This document shows, piece by piece, positions 11,143-21,449 of a stretch of DNA of 64,000 nt. The DNA comes from Octopus sinensis (Eukaryota), in the NCBI RefSeq assembly GCF_006345805.1, contig NC_043019.1:14693360-14757359 (forward strand), given 5' to 3'. The stretch's first letter is position 1. Every line of letters starts with the position of its first letter. The notes under the pieces are model-generated. The model did not search any database. It had not been told where the DNA came from and worked only from the letters and a program-made list of their open reading frames with translations. The position numbers and the translations under genes were made by a program.

Positions 11143-11526
11143 AGGAGTGGCTGTGTGGTAAGTAGCTTGTTTACCAGCCACATGGTTCCGGGTTCAGTCC
11201 CACTGCGTGGCACCTTGGGCAAGTGTCTTCTACTATAGCCTCGGGCCGACCAAAGCCTTGTGAGTGGATTTGGTAGACGGAAACTGAAAGAAGCCCGTCG
11301 TATATATATGTATGTGCGTGTATGTTTGTGTGTCTGTGTTTGTCCCCCTAGCATTGCTTGACAACCGATGCTGGTGTGTTTATGTCCCCCGTCACCTAGC
11401 AGTTCAGCAAAAGAGACCGATAGAATAAGTACTAGGCTTACAAAGAATAAGTCCCGGGATCGAGTTGCTTGATTAAAGGCGGTGCTCCAGCATGGCCGCA
11501 GTCAAAATGACTGAAACAAGTAAAAA
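11143..11526 (+). mobile_element. SINE family 1 (tRNA-like head ggagtggctgtgtggtaag...ggttcagtccc), representative full copy; others at ~9316-9710(+), 13972-14330(-), 19617-20035(+), 33150-33535(-), 35402-35775(+), 39598-40002(+), 44640-45022(-), 59226-59635(+), 63038-63420(+), 63690-64000(-)
   Basis: A/B-box-like head, ccttgggcaagtgtctt central segment, internal (TA)(TG) microsatellite, gtaaaaga tail; many dispersed copies. Confidence 0.9.
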
Positions 11527-12543
11527 GAAAAAAAAAAAGAAGAAAGAATATCTCTATAAGGTGCATGGCTTAGTGGTTAGGGCCTCAGGCTCAAACTCAT
11601 GAGGTAGAGAGTTCGATTCCCAGACTGTGTGTTGTGTTCTTGAGCAAGACACTTTATTTCACTAAGCTGTAGAATTGAGTTACGACATCACTGGTGCAAA
11701 GCTGTATAGACCTTTGCCTCTCCCTTGAATAAGATTGGTGGCGTGAAGAGGGGGAAACTGTGATGCAGGGGTGACTGCTGGTCTTCCATAAACAACCTTG
11801 CCTCAACTTGTGCCTCAGAGGGGAACTTTCTAGGTGTAATCCCATGGTCATTCATACCCTCTGTCTGTGTGTGTCTGTGTGTGTGTGTGTGTGTTAAGAT
11901 GAACATATCAGAAGAATAACGTTTTTAAAGATAACAAATAGTATGAGGGTGGAGAAGGTGAACATCTCAATAACCTCTGTTTGTTTTCTCAAGCTTTTGT
12001 CCAAAGTCATGGTCTCTGTGGTCGGATGCTCTTCCTAGTGCCAACCACTTTACAGAATGTACAAGGTCCTTCTTTTCATGCCATTAGCACTGATAAGGTG
12101 GTTATGCAGCTCGTAAGGTTACAAACTCTGAAGCAGTGGCTTGACACCGGAAGACGAGGGGTAAAAGAGGGGAAAAGGTCAGAGCAGGACAGGTTTCTTG
12201 TTGTAGTGGAGAGATGCATAACTACTCACGTTTTAGAGGAGAGGTGTCTGAGTGGACCTTCACAGTGTGAGGAGGGCAGAAATGAGTGGGGCAGAGGGAC
12301 CAGGAGGAAGGAAGAGAGTAGGGGATGACTGGCAGTGCAGAGAATAGGTGTGAAGTGGGTAGAAATGAGTTGGGCAGAAGGACCGAGTGTGTGGATGGGG
12401 GGGTAAAAGATGGGAATCAGTAAGAGGAAGATGGAGACCACCAATGATGCAAGAAAAGAGAGGTGGGGGGGGGGGGGGTAATAAGATAAACGGGACCAAA
12501 AAAAAAACAGCTGAAACAAAGTAAAAATAAGAATAAATGTTAC

Positions 12544-12668
12544 CTTTCACTTGCAGAAGTTTTCGAAGTTGTAGAACCCTCTTCCGTCTCTTCAGTTGAA
12601 TCCTCAGTGTTATCGCTAACTTGAGCTTTGCCACTGACAGCTGTGAAGTCCTCTGAATCAAACATCGA
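12544..12668 (-). CDS. CEP350: CEP350-like exon 9 (SMFDSEDFTAVSGK...SKTSASE)
   Basis: Acceptor cttcacttttag, donor AAG|gtaaca, phase 0-2; acidic Ser/Thr-rich open frame. Confidence 0.8.
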
Positions 12669-14374
12669 CTAAAAGTGAAGAAATCAAGAATTCAACAAAA
12701 ATAATTCATTACTAAGGAATGCAAAATGTTGCTATGGAGATGAGGTAGCAGTTCAAGTAATACTTCATATTTAAGTAATTTATAACGATCCTTTCTACTT
12801 TAGGCACAAGACCTGGATATTGTGGGGAGGGGGGCAGTTGATCACACTGACCCCAGTACTCAACTAGTACTTGATTTATAGAGCCCAAAGGTAAAGTTGA
12901 CCTCAGCGGAATTTGAACACAGAATGTAGCGGCAAACAAAATACAGCTACACATTTCGCCTGGAGTGCTAATGATTCTGCCAACTTACCACCTTTAAGTA
13001 ATCTATAATAATAAATGCAAATCCACTCACAAGGCTTCGGTCGGCCAGAGGCTATAGTAGAAGACACTTACCCAAGGTGCCACGCAGTGGGACTGAACCC
13101 GGAACCATGTGGTTTGTAAGCAAGCTGCTTACCACACAGCCACTCCTATGCCTATCTATTAAATTTCACTCACAAGACTCTTGGGTCAACTTAAGGCTAT
13201 GACAAAAATCACTTGTTGCTACAAGGTTAGCTTCAATAGCAAAAACATCAGACAATTGTATTTCTTCCCAGTGGGAGAACAATAAGCGGAGGAAGGATAA
13301 GGCTCTTTTCCAAGTCATACAGACTCGTAAGACCACTTTCCCAATCTCCATGGCACATATTTTTCCTTCGCCATCCAATGGATGGGACATCATTCCATCA
13401 CTGGAATGCACATCTTTGCCAGCTGAGTGGACTGGGGCAACGGGAAATGAAGTGTTTTGCTCAAGGACACAACATATCACTCAAAACAGGAATAGAAACC
13501 ACAATCTTACACTCATGAATCCAACACCCTGACCATTAAGCCACGTGCCTCCACAATGAGACGACAATAACTGAGAGATGAAGGAACTGGGTGCAGAAAA
13601 TCCCTGTTCAAAAGTTCGAACCCAAATGCAACAATAGTCATCGTCTTGGTAGTCGAACCCAAGAATTTTCAATGGGATGTAAACTTCTTCACCACGTCGT
13701 GCCTGCATCCGCATCTACCTAAGGATACTCTATCACTAGATTTGTTAATCACTGGGGGACAAAAATCTATGCTTCACTGATAAGGTTAAATAAGGCAGAA
13801 ACATTCCTGCACTTTCCACCACTGTCAAACTGATTAAAATATCATCACCCTACGTGTCAATGTCTCATCTCATTCACACAATGTTAATGTCCATTTTAGA
13901 GTTGTCTCCCCTTCGTCACGACTTCATTTAACCAACGATCTTACTACCACTCTTTTACTCTTTTACTTGTTTCAGTCATTTGACTGCGGCCATGCTGGAG
14001 CACCGCCTTTAGTCGGGCAAATCGACCCCAGGACTTATTCTTTGTAAGCCTAGCACTTATTCTATTGGTCTCTTTTGCCGAACTGCTAAGTTACGAGGAT
14101 GTAAACACACCAGCATCAGTTGTCAAGCGAAGTTGAGGGGGACAAACACATACACACACACACACACACATATATACGACGGGCTTCTTTCAGTTTCCGT
14201 CTACCAAATCCACTCACAAGGCTTTCGTCAGCCCGAGGTTATAGTAGATGACACTTTCCCAAGGTGCCACGCAGTGGAACTGAACCCAGAACCATGTGGT
14301 TAGTAAGCAAGTTACTTACCACACAGCCAAATGACTGAAACAAGTAATAGGGTACAAGACAATCATATCATCAA

Positions 14375-14585
14375 AAGGCGGCAAGCTGGCAGAAACGTTA
14401 GCGCGCCGGGCGAAATGCTTAGCGGTATTTCATCTGTCGTTACGTTGTGAGTTCAAATTCCGCCAAGGTCGACTTTGCCTTTCATCCTTTCGGGGTCGAT
14501 AAATTAAGTACCAGTTACGCACTGGGGTCGATGTAATCGACTTAATCCCTTTGTCCCCTCTATGTTTAGGGGTAGTAAAGAAATA
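14375..14585 (+). mobile_element. SINE family 4 (aaggcggcgagctggcagaa...gtcgactttgcctttcatcctttcggggtcgat); also ~1745-1950(-), 30983-31420(+, tandem pair), 46020-46240(-), 49760-49980(-), 55270-55755(-, tandem array), 56640-56810(+)
   Basis: tRNA-like head with gagttcaaattcc B-box-like motif; dispersed copies. Confidence 0.85.
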
Positions 14586-14714
14586 TATCATCAAAACCTC
14601 AAAGCCACGAGACAGAACATGCTTAATTTAAAACAATCTAAATAATTAATTCATCACACCTGACAGCGCAACGAGTTAAAAACAAAAACAAAAAACAACA
14701 AAAGGCACCCTTAC

Positions 14715-14965
14715 CATATCAAAACACACTGACTCCTTGAAAGGCTTTTTACTTGGGTAGATATTTTCTTTTCTCAGAATTGATGCGGTTGCTTCTTTCT
14801 GTTTGCGGTAGACCTCTTGTAGCCTTTCTTGTCGTTTTATAAATTCATTATGCAAAGCTTCTTGATTCTCCCTTGCCTTTTGAACTCTCTCGGTTTTCTT
14901 CTTCGCAATGAATTTACGAACTTCTTCTGGGTCATAATGGCGCACCTTTGGTTGTTTTTCAGAGT
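14715..14965 (-). CDS. CEP350: CEP350-like exon 8, coiled coil (KVRHYDPEEVRKFIAKKKTER...RLQEVYRKQKEA)
   Basis: Acceptor cctag, donor ATG|gtaagg, phase 1-0; close match to the CEP350 VRHYDxxEVRxYI...RLQELYRKQKEA segment as recalled. Confidence 0.9.
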
Positions 14966-15075
14966 CTAGGACTACCCAAAAGAGACAGAAAAATGTGTTT
15001 TTAGACTTAAAATTGATTGAATTTATTTTTATCAAACCTTGACAGAAATTGTAATTTTTCTGATACCTGCGCCGG

Positions 15076-15745
15076 TGGCACGAAAAAAGCACCATCCGAA
15101 CGTGGCCGATGCTAGCACCGCCATGACTGGCTTCTGTACCAGTGGCACGTAAAAAGCACCATCCGAACGTGGCCGATGCCAGCGCCACCTTGACTGGCTT
15201 CTGTACCAGTGGCATGAAAAAAGCACCATCCGAACGTGGCCGATGCCAGCGCCGCCTTGACTGGCTTCTGTACCAGTGGCACGAAAAAAGCACCATCCGA
15301 ACGTGGCCGATGCCAGCGCCGCCTTGACTGGCTTCTGTACCAGTGGCATGAAAAAAGCACCATCCGAACGTGGCCGATGCCAGCGCTGCCTTGACTGGCT
15401 TGTGTACCAGTGGCATGAAAAAAGCACCATCCGAACGTGGCCGATGCCAGCGCCGCCTTGACTGGCTTCTGTACCAGTGGCACGAAAAAAGCACCATCCG
15501 AACGTGGCCGTTGCCAGCGCCGCCTTGACTGGCTTCTGTACCGGTGGCACGTAAAAAGCACCATCCGAACGTGGCCGATGCCAGCGCCGCCTTGACTGGC
15601 TTCTGTACCAGTGGCATGAAAAAAGCACCATCCAAACGTGGCCGATGCCAGCGCCGCCTTGACTAGCTTCTGTACCAGTGGCACGAAAAAAGCACCATCC
15701 GAACGTGGCCGATGCCAGCGCCACCTTGACTGGCTTCCGTGCCGG
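15076..15745. repeat. Ten tandem copies of a 67-bp SINE-internal module
   Basis: tggcacgaaaaaagcaccatccgaacgtggccgatgccagcgccgccttgactggcttctgtaccag at 67-bp spacing. Confidence 0.92.
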
Positions 15746-15887
15746 TTGTACGTAAAAAGCACCAACCGATCGTGCTACTTCAAACTTCACAGGCCCCTAA
15801 GGGGACCCCTTCAGCTGTTTTGAAATCTAGACAGAAACTGTTACAATTTGCATGAGAAAAGAAAGAAGACAAGGTAAATGTTCTTAC

Positions 15888-16013
15888 CTGTAAATTTGGG
15901 TTTTCTTTTTAAGATAGATAAAATCGGAGAAGGTTTATCAAATTCTTTTTCTTTGGTTTTAGGTCTCTCAAAAATGTTTGACTCGTACTCATGGTTACCA
16001 TTGATACAGGTGT
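15888..16013 (-). CDS. CEP350: CEP350-like exon 7 (DTCINGNHEYESN...RKPKFT)
   Basis: Acceptor tatgccag, donor CAG|gtaaga, 126 nt, phase 1-1. Confidence 0.8.
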
Positions 16014-16242
16014 CTGGCATACATGACAAAACAAATAGAGATGCATCATTAAAAAATTAAAACAAACCAGGAGTAGAAAATATCTTTTATCTTTTACTTG
16101 TTTCACTTAAGCTGAGTGCCATCAAGATGCACGATGGCCAGCAAGCCATTTGTTGTTAGGACTTTTATCTTGTCTGAGTTGATGTTGAGACCATAAGACC
16201 GAGTGAAGCAGGCCCTGTAATCATGGCCAGTGCTGGTAAAAT

Positions 16243-16722
16243 GTAAAAGGCACCCATGTCAGTGGCACATAGAAAGAACCTGTGCCAGTGACACATAAAG
16301 GGCACCTGTGCCACTGACACATAAAGGGCACCCATGCCAGTGACACATAAAAGGCACCTGTGCCAGTGACACATAAAAGGCACCTGTGCCACTGACACGT
16401 AAAGGGCACCCATGCCAGTGACACATAAAGGGCGCCTGTGCCAGTGACACATAAAAGGCATCTGTGCCAGCGACACATAAAGGGCACCTGTGCCAGTGAC
16501 ACGTTTAGAGCACCCGTGCCAGTGACATGTAAAGGGCACCTGTGCCAGTGACACATAAAGAGCACCCGTGCCACTGACACGTAAAGGGCACCCGTACCAC
16601 TGACACGTAACGGGCACCCGTGCCAGTGACACGTAACGGGCACCCGTGCCAGTGACACATAAAAGGTACCTGTGCCAGTGACACGTAAAGGGTACCCATG
16701 CTTGTGACATGTAAAAGGCACC
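16243..16722. repeat. 26-bp minisatellite (gtgacacRtaaagggcaccYgtgcca), about 17-18 units
   Basis: Direct inspection; related to the 5.1-5.5 kb array. Confidence 0.9.
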
Positions 16723-17047
16723 AAGTGTACTCTGTGGGCTGGCTGGCATTAGGAAGGACATCCAGTCATAGAACCAAGCCTGGCAGTGAAGCGAAGATGG
16801 CACTGTCGTTGGCAAACGTGAGGTAGGTTACAGATCTGTTGGTGTCAAACTGTTGTATTCTACACACGAGAATTCATATGATTATGCAAAAACCAACAAA
16901 AAAAAAGAAAATCTTTGTGCATAATTTAAGGCCTGTTTAGCTATTATTTTTAGCACATCTCTCAACCACCTCATACCTCATATGTTTTAAGCATTTAATA
17001 AGTGAAAAATGACCACAGGGATAAGCAGCTTGGTAACAGCTTGGTTT

Positions 17048-17061
17048 GTTACTATGGAAAC
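17048..17061. promoter_or_regulatory. Intronic RFX X-box-like palindrome GTTACTATGGAAAC
   Basis: Close match to GTTNCCATGGNAAC. Confidence 0.4.
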
Positions 17062-17499
17062 AGGCATTTTTTTTTATGGCTCTTTATTCAAAGTGTACTG
17101 AGTTCAAATCTCAATGTGGTCAACTCTGGCTTTCATCTTTTGGGGATTGAAAGAATTAAGTACCAGTCAACTATGGGGGTTGATTTGATTAACTGACCCT
17201 AACCTGCACCAAATTTAAGATTTTGTGCCCCTGTTAGCAGCAATTATTATTCATACCCAATGAAAAGTATCAGAAGAGGAGGAAGAAGAGAAAGCAGAGT
17301 AGAAGGCCAGAGGAGGAGGAGGAGAATGAAGAGGAGGAAGAGGAAAAGAAAAATAAGAATTAAAAGGAGTAAGAGAGGAAAGTGAAGAAGAAAACAACAA
17401 AAGAAAAGTGGAACGAAATAATCACAAAACGTAGCGGGGACACACAGACAGACAGACACATAGAGGTGGGGGGGGGGACAGTAGAATGAAAGGATGTAC

Positions 17500-17688
17500 C
17501 AGTTTGCCTTCCAAGCTGTAAATCTTCTATCATTTCACGAGCAGTCTGTGGAAGTTTGGCTGGAATGGTCTGAAGATCAACCATTTCAAGAGTTGGCCTC
17601 GTTTTGGCAAGCTGAACTTTTGGTTTGGAACCCAGAATCCGTAGAACCACTTCATGACCTTTCTTCCAAGAAGAAGGAGTTATAATGT
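17500..17688 (-). CDS. CEP350: CEP350-like exon 6 (DIITPSSWKKGHEVVLRILGSKPK...)
   Basis: Poly-T tract + ttcag acceptor, donor G|gtacat, phase 1-1; motif resembles vertebrate CEP350 ISTSSWRDGQKLVKKILG as recalled. Confidence 0.85.
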
Positions 17689-19318
17689 CTGAAGAAAGTG
17701 ACAAAAAAAAAAAAAAAAAAAAGCAGATTATACAATAATGAATGGTGAGGAACTCCTTGAAGAATGTTTCAAGGTTTGATATGTCACAGTTATAATCACA
17801 ATAATCCCCATTATTGTTGTCGTCGTTGTCATGGCAACCATCCTTGTCACCATCATCATCATCACTCTCACCACCACCTTCTCTGTAACTATCATTATTG
17901 CCAGGGCCAGATTAAGACCCATCACTTGGAGTGGTTGGCGTTAGGAAGGGCATCCAGCTGTAGAAACTTTGCCAGATCAGATTGAGCCTGGTGCAGCCTT
18001 CTGGCTCACCAGTCCTCAGTCAAACCGTCCAACCCATGCCAGCATGGAAAGCAGATGTTAAACGACAACGATGATGATGATGATTCCCTGAGTCTTCGCT
18101 GCATTTTGGTGTTAGGAGAGGCATCCAGATGCAGAAACCATGCCAAAACAGACATTAACCCTGGGGCAGCTGTTCAGTTCACCAGCTCCTGTCAAACCAT
18201 CCAATCCATCCATACCAGCAGCATGGAAAACAGACATTAAATGATGATGATGATGATGATTTTTGTTTTGTTCCTTCTCAAGCCATGCCTGGCTCATCAG
18301 GGCCGGTTTCCCCAGTTTCCTTGGCGCATAAGTTCCCCACCTGGACGGGACGCTGGTCCGTCGCAGGTGAGCTGCAAGATGCAGGAGGAAATAGTGAGAG
18401 AAAGTCGTGGCAAAAGAGTCAGCAGAAGTTCGCCATTACCTTCTGCCGGAGCCACATGGAGCTTAGGTGTTTCGCTCATAAACAGACACATCGCCCGGTC
18501 TGAGATTCGAACCCGCAATCCCTCGACCACGAGTCCGCTGCTCTAACCACTAGGCCATGTGCCTCCACTAGTTCGCCATTACCTTCTGCCGGAGTTGCAT
18601 GGAGCTTAGGTGTTTCGCTCATAAACACACACATCGCCTGGTCTGAGATTCGAACCCGCGATCCTTCGATCGCGAGTCCGCTGCTCTAACCACTATGCCA
18701 TGTGTCCCTACACGATGATGACGACATTTGACAGAGAAATCAGAATGATAAAAGTGTTGAGAACTGAACAATTCCGAGTTATGGTGAGACAGTCCTGAAC
18801 CTGCAATATCTAGCATTTCGGTCTCCTTCTAAGAGCTTTATTCAGCTAATTTTGGTGGAATGTCATTGATAAATATCTTTAGACATTAGCGGATGGAAGC
18901 ACTCCATCGGTTACAACGACGAGGGTTCCAGTTGATCCGAATCAACGGAATAGCCTGCTCGTGAAATTAACGTGTAATTGGCTGAGCACTCCACAGACAC
19001 GTGTACCCTTAACGTAGTTCTCAGGGATATTCAGCGTGACACAGAGAGTGACAAGGCCGGCCCTTTGAAATACAGGTACAACAGAAACAGGAAGTAAGAG
19101 TGAGAGAAAGTTGTGGTGAAAGAGTACAGCAGGGATCACCACCATCCTCTGCCGGAGCCTCGTGGAGCTTTAGGTGTTTTCGCTCAATAAACACTCACAA
19201 CGCCCGGTCTGGGAATTGAAACCGCGATCCTATGACCGCGAGTCCGCTGCCCTAACCACTGGGCCATTGCGCCTCCACTGACATTAGTATAATGTTGAGG
19301 GCCAGGGATATTCCTTAC

Positions 19319-19420
19319 CTATCTCATTGGTCCGACAGATTGCTCTCACAGCCTTTGGTTTGGATTTTTCCTGTGTTTCCTGAGTCCTTGCTGCCTTCTT
19401 CACTTTCGTCCTTGTAACAG
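19319..19420 (-). CDS. CEP350: CEP350-like exon 5 (AVTRTKVKKAARTQETQEKSKPKAVRAICRTNEI)
   Basis: Acceptor tttattctgcacag, donor AG|gtaagg, 102 nt, phase 1-1; too short for the ORF track. Confidence 0.8.
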
Positions 19421-19791
19421 CTGTGCAGAATAAATAAAAAGTTTCATCCTTGACCCTTTAATATTTAAATCAGTGACATCCAGCCAAAATATTCTGGTTT
19501 ATTTTGGTCTAAACTGGCTGGGTCTGGCCTCTCACACAAACACTACAATACCGTTCTAAAAATTAATAGTTACTTCATTAAAATCTCAAAGCTACGAAAA
19601 ATGTATAATTAATAGTCGCAGGAGTGGCTGTGTGGTAAGTAGCTTGCTTACCAACCACATGGTTCTGGGTTCAGTCCCACTGCGTGGCATCTTGGGCAAG
19701 TGTCTTCTACTATAGCCCCGGGCCGACCAATGCCTTGTGAGTGGATTCAGTAGACGGAAACTGAAAGAAGCCTGTCGTATATATGTGTATG

Positions 19792-19828
<37 letters not shown>

Positions 19829-20497
19829 ATGTGTTTGTGTGTCTGTGTTTGTCCCTCTATCATTGCTTGACAACCGAGGTTGGTGTGTTTACGTCCCCGT
19901 CACTTAGCGGTTCGGCAAAAGAGGCCGATAGAATAAGTACTGGGCTTACAAAGAATAAGTCCCAGGGTCGATTTGCTCAACTAAAGGTGGTGCTCCAGCA
20001 TGGCCGCAGTCAAATGACTGAAACAATGAAAAAAAAAAAATCAAAGCAATATGAATGAATAAGCATCACTTTTAACAATATTTTTTTCTATTCTAAGCAC
20101 AGGGATATGGTGAAGCCATAGAAGATCCAATGGCCCCTCTCAACGCCACTGATGTTATCCAAAGGAAAGGCAAAGGGGTCGATACAGCTTGGCACCTGTG
20201 ACGTCACAACTCATTTCTACAGATGAGTGAACTGGAGCAATGTGAAATAAAGTGTCTTGCTCAAGATCACAACACACAAACTGGTCTGGGAATTGAACTC
20301 ACAACCTCATAAGCTCGATGCTCCAACCTTTTTTTTTTTTAATCTTATACAATCATAGTATATATATATCACCATCATCGATAAATGATGGTGATCATGA
20401 TATATATATGCTATAATTGAATAAAAAGACTGGATGTTCAATTCTGGATCAGGACCGACCCAGGGCTAAATAAATATCGTTTTAACAATAAACTTGC
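19421..20497 (-). other. GC-AG intron of CEP350-like gene
   Basis: AAG|GCAAGT donor; frame preserved on both sides. Confidence 0.75.
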
Positions 20498-20596
20498 CTT
20501 TTCCAGTAGTATTAGCAGACTTTGAATCAGTTCGTTTCACTTTTCCCTTGGTCCCATTAGCATTTTCTGTGTTCCTTTCTTTAAGTCTAGAAAACC
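20498..20596 (-). CDS. CEP350: CEP350-like exon 4 (GFSRLKERNTEN...NTTGK)
   Basis: Strong acceptor cttttcttcttcag, GC donor AAG|gcaagt, 99 nt, phase 1-1. Confidence 0.8.
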
Positions 20597-21449
20597 CTGA
20601 AGAAGAAAAGAAAAATATAAAGATGAATAAATATGATGATGAGGTGAAAGTGAAATGAAACAAGTGGACATGGTTGTGTTGTCTGCTGATGATTTGGTAT
20701 GGTTGACCGGAGACTCAGCCTGTTCGAGTGACAGTACTTTTTGGTAATAGAAGCATACTCACAATCACACACGTCTGTATCCATGTTTTATTATACATGA
20801 CTATGTAATATAGTATAAATATATCTGTAGAAATGGCGACCTGGCAGCTGGAGTCTTAGAGTAGCTGTCCACCGAAGTTCCATATATATGGGAATGAGGA
20901 AAAAGGAAAGGAGGGAAAATACAATGTTACTAAACAAAGACACATTCACAAGTAGACAAACAAATGGTTTGATTAGGGTATAATCAATTGGCGAGGGAAA
21001 CTAAAGAGAAAATATTACGACGATGACCACCACAGATCTACAATGGAAGAATTCACCACGTGTAGTTGAGGGTAAAAGAAATCGTTGAACGACAGTAAGT
21101 ACGTCCAAAATTTATAAAGCAGTGACATACATACATACATAGATACTTGTAGCACACATGTTTATACGTGCAGAGTGAAAATAAATCACACTATTTAATG
21201 TGACGGACTACACTGCAAAAAAATCAAAAAATTTCATTTCTGTTACAAACTTTCTCCGTGTCTATACGCACAAATACTTTTATGTATACACACGCAAATT
21301 TAAGAAAAAAAGGAATATACACAAAAAAGAACGAAACATGTGTATATACACACACAATATTAAGAACAAGGAAATACACAAAAAAGAACGAATCAAAAAA
21401 AATATATTTATATTTTACTTTTATCGTATTGTGTTTACATTTTCTGTCT

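Noticed and set aside
15076-15745. CRISPR-like regular array
   Set aside because: Whole 67-bp units repeat with no unique spacers, there are no cas genes, and the context is eukaryotic and SINE-derived.
14676-15790. Long ORFs of 217-319 aa
   Set aside because: Read-through of the stop-poor 67-bp array; only 14715-14965 is a real exon.
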